The notes under the pieces were generated by a model. The model made no database searches, was not told the origin of the DNA, and worked only from the letters and a program-made list of their open reading frames with translations. The translations under genes were made by a program, and so were the position numbers. Shown in pieces: positions 28,346 through 40,462 of a stretch of DNA of 64,000 nucleotides (within the stretch, counting starts at the first letter, position 1; the number at the start of each line of letters is the position of its first letter). Origin of the DNA: an uncultured delta proteobacterium. Lineage in GTDB: Bacteria > Desulfobacterota > Binatia > Binatales > Binataceae. Where the stretch lies: positions 34,416 through 98,415 of the forward strand of contig CAVQAR010000036.1 in assembly GCA_963710425.1 (NCBI GenBank), given 5' to 3'.

Positions 28346-30774
28346 CTATAGCGGCGATCCCGCGCCGACTTCGAAAACCGTGCTCTGGTCCGCCGGCCTC
28401 GGGTTGATCGGAAAAGCGATATCCACCGCCAGCGGCCCGAATGGCGATTTCCAGCGCACGCCAATGCCCGGCCGCCGCTTGGAGGTCGGAGATGTTGAGC
28501 GAATCCTTCAGCCGGAACGCTTGCCCCGCGTCGGCGAATATCACGCCGCGAATACCCAAGCCCGACAATATCGGGAATGTGATCTCGTTGCTCAGCAGCA
28601 ATTCCTTGCTGCCGCCGATGTCCTGCACGCTCTGCGGCGTGCCGTTCTGGCTGAATATCGGTACCTGCGGGCCCAACGAATAAAGCTGGTAGCCGCGCAC
28701 GTCGCCCGGACCGCCGACGCCGCCCGGGAAGAATCGTTCGTAGAGCGGCAACTCGCCGCCGGTCCCGTTCTCCAGGTTGGTCCCGATCCCGAATGTGATT
28801 CCCTGCGACACCACGAAGGTCCCCAGCGTCTGGCTCTTGAGGAACGGGTAGAAGTATCTGAAATGCGCGACGCCCTTGATGAACGAGTTGGTGCCGCCGA
28901 GCCCGCCGAACTGCATACTGAGAGCTCTCGACCGTGCCGGTGCGCGGGTCAGTTGGATTGTCCACCGTGAAGCGCCGAATCGTCGGCGTGATTTCGGAGG
29001 TCTGCGTATAGCCCTTGTAGCGCAAAATCTGGAACGTCGTGAACTGGTTCAGCCCGGTAATTCCGATGCTCTGAAACGAGTAGCCCAGTCCCGCGGTTAC
29101 GTCCTTCAGCGAAAACGGCCCGATCTTTTTGAAACCCAGCTCGGTCAGCGGATAGGTGGTCGTCAGGGTGAAGCCCGCCGACGACTGGTTGAAGCTGAGG
29201 AGGTATTGTTTGTTGTCGAACAACTGCAGGCCGACGCCCAGCGGAATATCCAGGAACCACGGCTCGGTGTACGAGATACTGTAGTTCTGGAACAGGAATC
29301 CGACCTGCGCGTTCGCGACCAGCGACTCGCCGCCGCCGAACAGGTTGGTGTTGCCCAGCGTGAAATTGCCGAACACCGATTGATAGCTGTCGAAACCGCC
29401 TGCGACCTGGAACGACGCAGTATTCGCCTCGGCCACGTTCACATCGAGGTTGATTTTGTCCGGCTGCGTGGCCGGCTCGGTCGTGATGCGCGTGTCGCTG
29501 AAGAATCCCAGCCGCTGCAAGCGGGTCTGCGAATCGCGGATCAATTCGGCGCTGTACGGCTCCTGCTCCTGCACCTGCATCTCGCGCCGGATTACCTTGT
29601 CCGAGGTTTTGGTGTTGCCGGTGATATTGATGCGGTTGATCAGCACTTCGTGGCCCGGATTGATCACGAACACCACGTTGACCCGCTTGTTCGCGTGGAC
29701 CAGCTGCGTGTGCGGATCGACGTTGACGTACGCGTAGCCGCGGTTCGAGTAGAAATCCGACAGCGCCAGCACCTGCCGCTGCAGTGCCGATCCGCGAAAC
29801 AGCTGCCCGCTCTTCATTGTCAGCCGCTTGCGCAAATCGCGCCGCGGAAACTTCAGGTTGCCTTCGATCTCGATTCGGCCGACCCGGTACGGCGTGCCTT
29901 CATCGATAGTTATCACGATCGTGATTTTCTCGCCGCTGCGAACCACCTGCGGCGGTGCAATCTGGACGTTGAGGTAGCCGTTGTCGTAGTAAAACGCCGT
30001 CAGCCGATCGACGTCTTCCTGGAGTTTCTTCTCGTCCAGCGCGCCCCATCCGGTGACCCAACTCAGCAACCTGCTATAGGTCTTCGTCGCCATGTTCGCC
30101 TCCAGGAGCGTAGACGAAAAGGCGTGATTGCCGACGAATTCGATCTTCGTGATCTGGACCTTCGGCCCTTCCACCACGTCGAATTCGCCGAACGCCGTGT
30201 TGTCGGGCTGCGGGATCGGCTTGAAGCTTACTTTGGCGTCGGTGTAGCCCGCGTCCGCATAAACCTTCGTGATGTTGTTGATCGTCTCCTTGACTGCGAT
30301 CGGGTCGAGAATCACCCCGGGATGCACCTTCATCGCCGCGACGATCTTGTCGTCGTTCGATCGGATCGCCTTCATCCCGTAAAGCTTAACGTCGGTAATC
30401 TGCGGGCGCTCCTTGACGTAGTACACCAGCACGTTCTGGCCGCCCTGCTGCACGAGGTGCGCACTCACGTCCGAGAAGAAGCCCAGGCTGTAGATCGACT
30501 TGATGTCGGCCGACTCCGCATTCGGATCGAGCGGCTGACCGACCTGCTGCGTGATATGGATGCGAATCGCGTCCTCTTCGACGCGTTGATTACCGACGAT
30601 TTGGATCTTGTTGACTACCGGACCCTGCGCGCGCGCCACCGACGCCGCGAGTATCAAAACGATCATCATCGCCAGCAGCGGGAAGCTCGCGCGCAATAGT
30701 CCCCGATATGGACGGCGAAGCCCGCAATATAACGGCGCGCGCGGCGGGCGCGCGTTGAATTTTTCCGATGTCAC
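28346..30774 (-). CDS. bamA: Outer-membrane protein assembly factor BamA (frameshifts near 28915 and 28465)
   Basis: POTRA repeats (IQIVGNQRV; INITGNTKTSDKVIRREM), FFPGG...VRGY loop, corrected end GVRWKSPFGPL...FEVGAGSPL. Confidence 0.95.
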
Positions 30775-30904
30775 TCAGACCCACCAAAAACCGCGCCCAA
30801 ACTAGCCAATCGTCTCCCCCATGTAAACCAAACCCCCGCTCGCGGCCAGATGTTTACGAACATGACTCCACTAAACCCCGCGCAGTTCTTCGCAGCCCTC
30901 TTAA

Positions 30905-31079
30905 ATCCTAACCTCTCCTTGTCCGAGGAGAGGTCGGCGTAAGCCGTGTCACGCGGTGTCGCCGGGAGAGGTTCAACGCCAGACACTGCAACCACTAAAT
31001 CAGCGTTGCGAGTCTCAATGTATTGCGGCTGCGAGCGTCGCACCTCTCCCTAACCCTCTCCTCGGACAAGGAGAGGGTA
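30905..31079. repeat. Pair of REP-like hairpins: CCTCTCCTTGTCCGAGGAGAGG (30912-30933) and its exact reverse complement (31055-31076)
   Basis: Seen directly; both have a 5' CTAA(C) flank. Confidence 0.75.
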
Positions 31080-31099
31080 TTGGAATCAGAATCGGACGC

Positions 31100-31831
31100 T
31101 CACCGCCGCTCATCCACCAACTTCCCTTCATGCAGACGCAGTGCGCGTCCGACGCTGCGCGTCAACTGGTCGTTATGCGTTGCTATCACCAGCGTGATCC
31201 CAAGCTCTCGATTGAGCTTGTGAAACAGGTCGTGCACTTCGGCCGCTGTATGCGGATCGAGATTGCCGGTCGGCTCGTCCGCCAGTAGCAGCTTGGGCCG
31301 CAGCACCACCGCGCGCGCCACCGCGACGCGTTGCTGCTCGCCGCCTGACAATTCCGCCGGCCGCCGCTTGAGCTTGTCGCCCAAGCCGACGATCTCGAGC
31401 ATCTCGGTCGCGCGCCGCTGCGCCTCGGCGTCGTCGAGACGGTCGATCAGCGCCGGCATCATCACATTTTCCAGCGCGGTGAAATCCGCCAGCAGGTAAT
31501 GGAACTGGAACACAAATCCCAACTTCAGGTTGCGGAACTCCGCCAGCGCTTTCTCGTCGAGCGCAAACAAATCCTCGCCTTCGAAAAAAACTTTGCCCGC
31601 AGTAGGCTCCTCGAGACTCCCAATAATATGCAGCAGCGTGGACTTGCCGGTGCCCGATTGCCCGACCACCGCAATTTCCTCGCCCGCCTCAACGTTCAGA
31701 TCCAGATTGCGCAGCACCCGAATCTCGCGATCGGCGTCGTAGAATGTCTTGTCGAGGCCGCGCACCTCGATAAGACGCCCCTTGGCCGCTTTCGGTTTCG
31801 CTTTCGCCGCCGGAGCGCGCGCTTCACTCAT
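31100..31831 (-). CDS. lolD: Lipoprotein-releasing ABC transporter ATP-binding protein
   Basis: GQSGTGKST, GFVFQFHYLLADFTALENV, LSGGEQQRVAVARA, LADEPTGNLD. Confidence 0.93.
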   Translation of the reverse strand: MSEARAPAAKAKPKAAKGRLIEVRGLDKTFYDADREIRVLRNLDLNVEAGEEIAVVGQSGTGKSTLLHIIGSLEEPTAGKVFFEGEDLFALDEKALAEFRNLKLGFVFQFHYLLADFTALENVMMPALIDRLDDAEAQRRATEMLEIVGLGDKLKRRPAELSGGEQQRVAVARAVVLRPKLLLADEPTGNLDPHTAAEVHDLFHKLNRELGITLVIATHNDQLTRSVGRALRLHEGKLVDERR

Positions 31832-31856
31832 AGCGCAACACCCATTGCGCGATTGT

Positions 31857-31891
31857 CCCCCTTCCCTCGAGGGAAGGGGTTAGGGGTTAGG
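31857..31891. repeat. REP-like hairpin with G-rich tail CCCCCTTCCC-TCGA-GGGAAGGGGTTAGGGGTTAGG
   Basis: Same module at 48811-48845 (inverted), 59955-59990 and 61765-61798. Confidence 0.8.
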
Positions 31892-31918
31892 TTCCCGCGC
31901 ATCCTTCGCGATGCTCGC

Positions 31919-33199
31919 TCACTCATAACGGATCACCTCGACCGGCCGCAGCCGTGCTGCTTGCAACGCCGGATAGATCGACGCCAGCATGCACAGTACG
32001 ATCGTCGCCACCGCCACCAGCACGAAGTTCCACGGATTCAGCTCGACCGGCACATTGCTCACCATGAACATGTCCGCCGGCAGATGAATCAAATGATATG
32101 TGCCGATCAGATAACACGTCAGTAACCCCATTCCCGTGCCTAAAATCGTGCCGACCATGCCCACCGCCGCGCCTTGCCACAGAAACACCAGCGCGATCGA
32201 CGCCGCCATCGCGCCCATCGTACGCAGGATTGCGATCTCCTTGCGACGCTCCATTACCTGCATCACCAGGGTCGCGATAATGTTGAACGCCGCGACCAGC
32301 ACGATCAGCAGCAGCACCATGAAGTACGTGAACTTCTCCAGCTTGAGCGCGGCGAACAGTGGAGCGTTGGCCGTGGTCCAGTCCTTCACCTCGAAATCAG
32401 GCCCCGCCATCGCCGCGATCTTGTCGCGAATCGCTGGCGCGTCGAACATGTTCGCCAGCCGCAATTCGAGTCCGCTTTCGAGCGACGCGTCGTCGGCCAG
32501 CAGCGCGCGTCCGTCCTTGAGCGCAACAAACGCCAAGGTCGAGTCGAAGTCGTACATTCCCGAATGAAAAAATCCGGTCACCACGAATCGCTTGAGCCGC
32601 GGCGGCCCGATTCCCGCGCCCAGGCTCGCCGGCGAAATCAGTATCACCGCGTCGCCCGGCTTCACCGCGAGCGAGAACGCCAGCGACTTGCCCAGGATTA
32701 CGCCGGGCAACTGGACGACCCGCTTCACACCCTTATCAACGATCGTCACCGGATGCGTCGTTTCGAGATCCGCCAGCGTTCCGTTCTCGAGCGTGTCTTT
32801 TAATTCCTTCAGCACCGCATTGTCATGCGGCTGAACCCCGCGAAGAATTCCACCCGACACCAGCCCCGGCGCGCCCGAGTCGGTGCTCGAAACCGCCATC
32901 ACCTGCGAGGTGACGTACGGCGCTGCCGCCACCACTCCCGGCATCGCCGCGATCTTTTTTTCGAGGTCCGCGGGATTCCATACGCCGCCGTCGGCGCGTT
33001 CGATCGTTACCTGCGGCGTGAACGCGAGCAGCCGCCCGCGCAGATCGATCTCGAATCCGCTCATCACCGACAGCGCGACCGACAAGGTGAAGGTTCCGAT
33101 CGCAATCCCCGCCAACGAGATGATCGCTATCACCGATACGAAGCGCTCGCGGCGCCGCGCCAGCAAATATCGGAGCCCAATCAGGAATTCGTAGCGCAA
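31919..33199 (-). CDS. lolE: Lipoprotein-releasing ABC transporter permease LolC/E
   Basis: FLIGLRYL, SVMSGF, DW...N..LF.ALKLEK, LIVLVAAFNII, KEIAILRTMGA. Confidence 0.92.
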   Translation of the reverse strand: MRYEFLIGLRYLLARRRERFVSVIAIISLAGIAIGTFTLSVALSVMSGFEIDLRGRLLAFTPQVTIERADGGVWNPADLEKKIAAMPGVVAAAPYVTSQVMAVSSTDSGAPGLVSGGILRGVQPHDNAVLKELKDTLENGTLADLETTHPVTIVDKGVKRVVQLPGVILGKSLAFSLAVKPGDAVILISPASLGAGIGPPRLKRFVVTGFFHSGMYDFDSTLAFVALKDGRALLADDASLESGLELRLANMFDAPAIRDKIAAMAGPDFEVKDWTTANAPLFAALKLEKFTYFMVLLLIVLVAAFNIIATLVMQVMERRKEIAILRTMGAMAASIALVFLWQGAAVGMVGTILGTGMGLLTCYLIGTYHLIHLPADMFMVSNVPVELNPWNFVLVAVATIVLCMLASIYPALQAARLRPVEVIRYE

Positions 33200-33217
33200 C
33201 CCATCACCTCGCTGCTC

Positions 33218-33322
33218 TTACCTCGCCCGTTATTTTTACGGGAGAGGCGGCCGGCCGCAACGCGGCCGGCAGGTGAGGGTTCTGCGGCCCCAGCAACCGT
33301 TGAGGCAGGGGTGCAGCCCCCG
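33218..33322. repeat. Palindromic repeat module CTTACCTCGCCCG..CGGGAGAGGCGGCCGGCCGCAACGCGGCCGGC.GGTGAGGGTTCTGC
   Basis: Near-identical copy at 40601-40667. Confidence 0.8.
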
Positions 33323-33474
33323 AATGTACTTCTTTTATCCTTCGATTGAATCAAATCGGGCCGGTGATCGTCATAGTCGCCGAGCACTGTGACATTTGCA
33401 AGTTTTCGGGTTGCGCTGCGCGGCGATCGTGAAATATGCTCACGTCGCTTTGACACGAGACGGAGGGAGCTCGT

Positions 33475-36097
33475 ATGAGCCGTTTTTTGCTTGGGGCGAT
33501 TACCGCAGCACTGCTGTTCTCAACTTCACCTATCCGATCCTTCGCCGCCGAATCGGCAGGGCTGCCTCCTCAGAATACAATCACGATGAACTTTCAGAAC
33601 GTGGACATCCCCGTTCTGGCCAAGTTCATCTCGGAGATCACCGGTCGCAATTTCATCATCGACGAGTCCGTGCGCGGCAAGGTTACGATCATATCGCCGA
33701 GCAAGGTCACTCCCGAACAGGCTTACTCGATCTTCCAGTCGGTGCTCCAGGTGAAAGGCTTCACCACCGTTCAGGCCGGCAAGATCATCAAGATTGAGCC
33801 GGCGCGCAACGTGCGCTCGAACGCGGCGCTGACCAATTCACAGACCCCGGCCGAGACCAGCGGCGATGAATACGTCACCCGGATGGTGCGGCTCAAGAAT
33901 ATCGACGCCGCTTCCATCATCGGCGTCATCCAGCCGATGATTTCGCACGACGGCCTGGTCGCTGCATTTCCCGGCGACAACACCGTTATCGTCACCGACG
34001 ATGCTTATAACGTCCAACGCCTGGTCCAGATAATCGGCGAGCTCGACGTGCGCGGCGAGCAGGCTTCGATTGTGGTAATTCCGCTCAAGCTGGCGTTTGC
34101 CGGCGAGCTGGCGCCCGAAATCGATCAACTGATGTCAGCCAAGATGGGCGCCGCCAGCGCCAGCAATCCCCAGATGATGCGGCCTCAGATGGGCGTCGCG
34201 ACTTCCGCCTCCGGCCCTTCGCTGGGTTACAAAGTAATTCCCGACGAGCGCACCAATTGCCTGATCGTGATGGCGCCGCCGCTCCAGATGCGCGAGATCC
34301 AGGACATCGTCCTCAAACTCGACGTCGTTCCACCGCTCGCCACCTCGCGCATCCACGTCTATCGGCTCAAGAATGCGCAGGCGCTCGAGATGGTCCAGGT
34401 GCTGAACAACCTGCTTAACGGCGGCAGCGGGCCAACCACGCTCTCGCCCACCACCGGCAAAGGATCGCTCGGCCGCTCGAGCTTCAACGACGCCGCCAGC
34501 GGCTTCGGCAGCGGAGGCTTCGGCGGAAGCGGCGGTGGATTCGGCGGCGGGATGGCCAGTAGCGCCAGCTTCGGCGGCGCCAGTGGCGGCGGCGGTCTCG
34601 GTGGATCGAGCGGCGGCGGTGGATTCGGCGGTAGCGGTGGCGGCGGCGGCGGATTGCGCAGTCGCGGCTCGATGAGCGGTGCTGCGTGGTTCGTCGTCGG
34701 CCAGCTCAGCCGGCAAGAACATCGATTTTTCTTATCCGGTAAATATCACTGCCGACCCGGCCACCAACGCGATGGTTATCAGCGCGTCGCCGCAGGATTG
34801 GCAGACCCTCAAGCAGATCATCGACGACCTTGACACGCCGCGCGTCCAGATTTTCGTGCAGGCGGTGATCGTCGAGGTCTCGGCCGAACGCCAGCGCGAC
34901 ATGGGCGTCAGTTTCTACAGCGCCGGCATCGGTGGCGGACAAGCAATTGGTGTCGGCGGAATCAACTACGGACAGCTTCAGAACGCGCTGGGCGACCCGC
35001 TCGGCTTGACCGGACTGGGCCTCGGTCTCGCGTCGAACTCCTTGTGTAAAGTTCCGGTCGCAGCCGCAGCCGCGGTCGCGGCGGCTACCGGCACCGGGAC
35101 CGGCGCTACCTCCACCACCATGAAGGTCCCATGCGATTTCGCACTCATGACCGCGCTTGAAACCGACACCCACGCCAACGTGCTCTCCGCGCCGACGCTG
35201 CTCACGGCGGACAATGAAGAAGCGATGATCGTGGTCGGACAGAATCTGCCGTTCGTCGGATCGGCGTCGGCCAACGCGGGATTGCCCGGACAAATCTTCA
35301 ACTCGGTTGACCGCCAGAACGTCGGCATCACGCTCGACATCGTGCCGCAGGTTTCCGAAGGCGACTACGTCAAACTCGATCTGTATGAAGAAGTTTCCAA
35401 CGTCGTCAACGGCACTCAGAACGCGACGCTGGGTCCAACGACGACTATCCGATCCGCCTCGACCACCGTGCTCATCCAGAACCATCGCACCGCGGTAATC
35501 GGCGGCCTGCTCGCCAGCCAGGATCAGATCAACAACCAGGGCGTGCCGTTCATCTCGAGCATCCCGGTGCTCGGCAACCTGTTCAGCGACAAGTCGAGCG
35601 ACAAGCAGAAGGACAATCTGATCGTGTTCCTGACGCCGCACATCGTGCGCAACAAGAGCGAGCTGCGCGAGCTGGCGCTGGACGAGCGCCAACGGTTCGT
35701 CAACTCACTCGGCCGCAAGGAAATCCACGACATGCCGGCCTCGCAGATTCACGAGGTTTACAAGCCGAGCTTCTCGATTCCGGTTTCGCCCGCGGCTGAC
35801 CTGAACGCACCTTACAACGGTCCGGCCGCGCCTCCGGGACCTGAAAATCCGGGCGCCGCATACGAATCCGCGCCGTCAAGCAGCGCCGATACTCCCTTCA
35901 ACACTACCGAGATAGGCCCAACCTCGATGAACTCCACGCCGCCATCCGCGACGCATGCCGCCAGCTTACTCGACGACAACGACCAGTTCGGTCAGCGCTC
36001 CGTTGCCGGCGCCCACCGGACGATACGCTGCGACTTTCAGCGGCTCGACGGTGACGCCGCTCGATCCTGGCGCGGGAAAAGTGCGGCGATGGATTAG
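33475..36097 (+). CDS. gspD: Type II secretion secretin GspD (frameshift near 34685)
   Basis: MNFQNVDI, NFIIDESVRGKVTIISP, PDERTN, VYRLKNA, QIFVQAVIVEV, NVLSAPTLLTADNEEA, NVGITL, GVPFISSIPVLGNLF. Confidence 0.92.
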
Positions 36098-36171
36098 CGG
36101 ACTCGTCCAGCGCACTCAGCGCGGCGAAGGTCGGCGTGACTCCGTCGATCTCACCGTAGTAACTGCGGCCT

Positions 36172-37105
36172 TCACCAACCAGTGAAGGCCGCGATCAGGA
36201 ACGCGGCAATCATCAACAAGCCGAACTCCATGTGAAGCTGAATCGATCGGAACAATCCGAGATTCAGCTTCTTCGGATCGCTCTCGCGCGTCATGATTCG
36301 AATCTGATCGAGCGCGCGCGGAATCGTGATAAACACGGCCAGCGCAATCCACGGAATCGCGTGCAGCGATAATCGCGACGATCGTCGTCACATATGCCGC
36401 GACATCCAGCGTGATCAGCTCATAGTTCGCGCCCGCGCGGCCTAGCATCGTCGCGAGCGTCCGCTTGCCGTGGCGCGTGTCGCTCTCGATGTCGCGAATA
36501 TTGTTGGCGTGCAGAATTCCCGCGACCAGGAATCCAAGCGGTATCGACGCCCAAATCGCCGACGCCGAAAAGTGCATCGCCATCACGAAGTACGCGCCGA
36601 CCACGATCGCCGGTCCCATGAAAATGAAAACCGTCAACTCGCCGAGCGCCACGTATGCCAGCGACACCGGGCTCGCGGTGTAGAAGTATCCGGCCGCGAC
36701 GCTCGGGATTCCGATCGCGAGAATCGGCCACCCGCACAGGTAAACCAGCACCAGGCCGATCAGCGCGCCAATCGCGAACGCGACGATTCCGCCGCGCCAG
36801 ACTTGATCGGCGCTCAGCAGCCCGCGCTGAATCACCATGCTCGGCCCGAGCGACTGCTCGCTGTCGGCGCCGCTGCGGAAATCGTAGTAGTCGTTGATCA
36901 GATTGGTGCCGGCCTGAATCGCCATCGCGCCGACCAGCGCAAGAATCATGCGCCCGAACGAAAAAAATCCCTCGCGCGCCGCCACCGCAACTCCCAGCAG
37001 CACCGGAATCGCCGCCGCACTGAGCGAAGGCGCCCGAATCGCCTGAATCCAAACCGCTACAGCGCCAGGCCGAGCCCCACCGCCATGCGCAATAACATCA
37101 TCCAT
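36172..37105 (-). CDS. menA: 1,4-dihydroxy-2-naphthoate polyprenyltransferase (frameshift near 36360)
   Basis: IQAIRAPSL, QAGTNLINDYYD, GELTVFIFMG, ILHANNIRDIESD..GKRTLA. Confidence 0.9.
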
Positions 37106-37126
37106 TCCGTTCTCACTAACCCTTTT

Positions 37127-37185
37127 CGCGAAAGCCCGCTGCGGGATTTCGCGTCCTAACGCTGGGTGCAGGGGTCACCCCTGCC
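37127..37185. repeat. REP-like modules CGCGAAAGCCCGCTGCGGGATTTCGCG and GGGTGCAGGGGTCACCCCTGCC
   Basis: The second module recurs at 40498-40518, 48906-48926 and 61683-61704. Confidence 0.7.
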
Positions 37186-37211
37186 GCCCACCGCGCAGGT
37201 GATTGTCTTCT

Positions 37212-39673
37212 CTAGATCAGCACCTTCGCTTCTTTGAGCCGCGCGATTTCCGCCGCGCTATATCCGCAACTCGCGCATCACTTCATCTGTATGCTCGCCG
37301 ATCATCGGCGCGCCACGATATTCGAGATCGATACCGCTGAACCGCACCGGCAGTCCCGGCACGACTCGCTCGCCCACTTCGCCATGCTTCAATTCACGAG
37401 CATCCCCGACTCCGCGAAGACCGGATCGTCAATCACCTCGGGAGTGTTGTACACCGGACCCGCGGCCAGACCGCGCTCGCGAAGTTTAGTCACCAGTTCA
37501 TCGCGCTGATGGGCGCGTGCGCGCCGCGATTTCGCGCTCGAGTTCCTCGACATTCGCGAGCCGGCCGTACAGTCGCGCAAACTTCGGATCCGACGCCAGC
37601 GACGGCACCTAAGCACTTCGCACAACGTCGCGAACTCAGTGTCGCTGGCGATCGCAATCGCGATCCATTGATCGTCGCCCGCCACCGGAAACACTCCATG
37701 CGGCGCCATCGATTCGTCGCGATTTCCAATCGCCGCCTGGTCGCGCCCGTTCATCAGAAAATCCATCATCGCTTCCGGCATCATCGTCGTAACCATCTCG
37801 GCCATCGACAAATCGAGATACTGGCCCTGCCCGGTGCGATCGCGATAGTGCAGCGCCGCGAGCAGAAAAAACACCATCCCAGTCCCGACCGCGAAGTCCG
37901 GCCACGTTCCGCCAATTCCGCAGGGAACGAATCGGGATAGCCAGTGATATGGCACATCCCGGCAAACGCCTGCGTCGTCGGCCCGAAGCCCACGGTGTGC
38001 GCGAACGGGCCGTCCTGCCCGAGCGGCGTGCCGCTCAGCATGATGATGTCGGGTTTGATTTTGACCAGGTCGTCGTAGGCGAGATTGTATTTCGCCATGT
38101 TGCCGACGGTGTAGTTCTCGGTCACGAAATCGCTCTGCCGGATAATCTTGCGCGCGATGTCCTGCGCCTCGGGCATCGCAAGGTTCAGCGTAAGGCTGCG
38201 GCGCGACGAATTGATCGCGTTGAAACACGCCGCTTCGATTAGCGCCGATCGATCCGTCGGTGCCGGTCAGAAATCGCACCAGGTCAGGCGCCCCGTCGTC
38301 TCGATTCTGATGACGTCGGCTCCCAGAGCGCCCAGCCACGCCGTCGCATGCGGGACGGCAAAGATCCAGCCGAAATCGGCGACGCGGATTCCTTCCAGCG
38401 GCTTTTTCAGTTTTTTCAGGAGATTCCCGCCGGCGATTCGGTCGCTGTCGGCGACGGAACGATTCCGGAGTATTTTTTCGTTGTGCTCGCCTAGCCGCGG
38501 CGCGCCGCGCACGATTCGCCACGGAGTGCGCGAGAATTTGCACGGCGCACCCGGCATCCGCACTTCGCGCGCCGCGGGATGATCGACTTCGACAAAAAAT
38601 TTGCGCGCTTTGTACTGCTCGTTGTCCGCGACTTCGGCCGGCGAATGCACCGGGAAGCACGGCACGTGCTCGGCCTGGTTCCTCTTGAATGCCTCAGTTC
38701 GCGTAATCGTAGATAGCCAGTCGATTACTCCGGCCTCGATCGCATCGATATTCGAAGCGCGCCCCAATACCGTGTCGAACAACTCGATATCCATCCACTC
38801 GGGACGACCCAGCGCCTTCTTCGCTCCGCGCCAGAAACGATCGGTCCCGGCGTTGAAGCTCACCCATCCGTCCTTGCACGGATAAACCCACTGCGCGGCC
38901 CTTTTCTGACGCGAGTAGAGCCGCTGGAACGAGTCGGAATTTTTGTCTTCGTGCGAGTAAAATCCGAGGTTCGGACGGACCATGCTGATCATCGAAAACC
39001 ATTGCGCGACATCGACATGCTGCCCCGCGCCATTACTCTTTCGACTATACAGTGCACACATCGCAGCGGCCGCCGCTGTATAGCCAGTCAAATAGTCAGA
39101 TTGCCGTCCGCCAAGCTTCAGCGGCGGCTGACTATTTGGATCGGTCACCTGATGCCACGGCGTTTCGTATCCGACGCCGCTCATGTGCGTGGCGACCAGG
39201 TCACCGCCGCGCAAGTTTCGGTACGCGGACTCGGCGCCGAAAAACGTTATCGACACGACGATCAGTTTTGGAAATCGCGCGGTCAATGTGCGCCAGTCCA
39301 GGCCGAGCTTCTCGTTCACCTCGGGACGATTCGGATTGAAGACAATGTCCGCGTAATCAAGCAGATCGAGCACTTGGTCGCGACCGCGCGGATTCTCCAG
39401 GTCGATCGTCACGCCGAGCTTGTTGGTATTGAGAAAGAGATGTAGCCCACCGGTTTCGGGGTCGGGCATCTCGTCGCGAAACGGTCCGAGCGCGCGCTCC
39501 TGCGATCCGGTTCGCGGCGGCTCGACCTTGACCACTTCCGCGCCGAAATCCGCGAACGACTTCGCCGCCATCGAGGCCGCCATGAACGGCATCGTGTCGA
39601 GGCACGGAAGCTCGACGACCTTCAGGCCCTCGAGCGCGCGCGGCGGCTCCTCGTAGTCCTCGAATCGCGCCAT
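37212..39673 (-). CDS. Fused two-domain CoA-transferase family III (CaiB/BaiF); several frameshifts
   Basis: Two repeats of LEG.(K/R)V...ADFGAEV/GALGADV; NTNKLGV/NSSRRSL; catalytic-type Asp in QSDYLTG and WPDFAVG. Confidence 0.85.
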
Positions 39674-39675
39674 CG

Positions 39676-40368
39676 CTACTCGACCGCTTCAGTCTTCATG
39701 TTGTCGATCAGGTCGATCAGTTCCGCCATCGAATGAATCACGTAGTCGGGTTTGAACACCTGATGCGTCTGCAGATATTTGAACGACGCCGCACCGGTTG
39801 CGACCGCGACGGAAGCGCCGAAACCCGCTCCCAGAGCCGCCATGATGTCGCGAGGCTCGTCGCCGACGTACATGCAAGCGGGCGGAAGCACCGCCGCTTT
39901 GAGCGCGGTCTGCTTGAGACTTTCGGTCTTGTCGAGCGCGCGCAGCGAGGTCGTGGTCTGCGTGACGACCTGGTCGAGATACGACGCGAGCCCGACCATC
40001 GCGAGCTTCTCGACCAGCCGTTGCGAGTCGCCCGGCCGGCTCGTGATGACTCCGGTCGCGTAACCGCGCCGCTTCAGTTCGGCGAGAGTGTCCTGCACGT
40101 GCGGTAACACTTCGAGCCGTTCGGTCTTGTCGATCTCCGCCAGAAAGTACGCATATGCAAGCTTCGCGTACTCGGGCCGCAAATGCTCCGGCACTCCGAG
40201 CCACACGTCATCGGCGGAAAGCGCCTCGCGAAAGCGCGCGGGCGTGAGTGCCGGTTTATGGCCGAGCTCGTCGAGCGCGTTTTTCGCCGCGATATACAAC
40301 GGCCCGTGAATATCGACCAGCGTGCCGTCGAGATCGAAAAAGATCGCTTTGAATTCGCGCGAGGCCAA
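39676..40368 (-). CDS. HAD-superfamily hydrolase (start approximate)
   Basis: FFDLDGTLVD, GVITS, YVGDEPRDI. Confidence 0.88.
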   Translation of the reverse strand: MASREFKAIFFDLDGTLVDIHGPLYIAAKNALDELGHKPALTPARFREALSADDVWLGVPEHLRPEYAKLAYAYFLAEIDKTERLEVLPHVQDTLAELKRRGYATGVITSRPGDSQRLVEKLAMVGLASYLDQVVTQTTTSLRALDKTESLKQTALKAAVLPPACMYVGDEPRDIMAALGAGFGASVAVATGAASFKYLQTHQVFKPDYVIHSMAELIDLIDNMKTEAVE

Positions 40369-40462
40369 ATAAATTTCTCCGAACTTCCAACCGAAGTGTG
40401 TAGAGATGCCGCTCGAACTGTCAAGCGCGCGCCAGGGGAAGGGTAAATCACTTGATTGAATG

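Noticed and set aside
28876-30699. 607-aa plus-strand ORF, and many similar long antisense ORFs
   Set aside because: Shadow frame of bamA in high-GC DNA; no motifs, Arg/Ala-biased.
30771-31043. Small ORFs in repeat-rich spacers (also 61747-61941 and the 40369-40680 extension of the HAD ORF)
   Set aside because: They are translations through palindromic repeat modules and have no recognisable domain.
34490-34680. GGC-rich low-complexity DNA as a VNTR or contingency locus
   Set aside because: The repeats are degenerate and simply encode the Gly/Ser loop of GspD.
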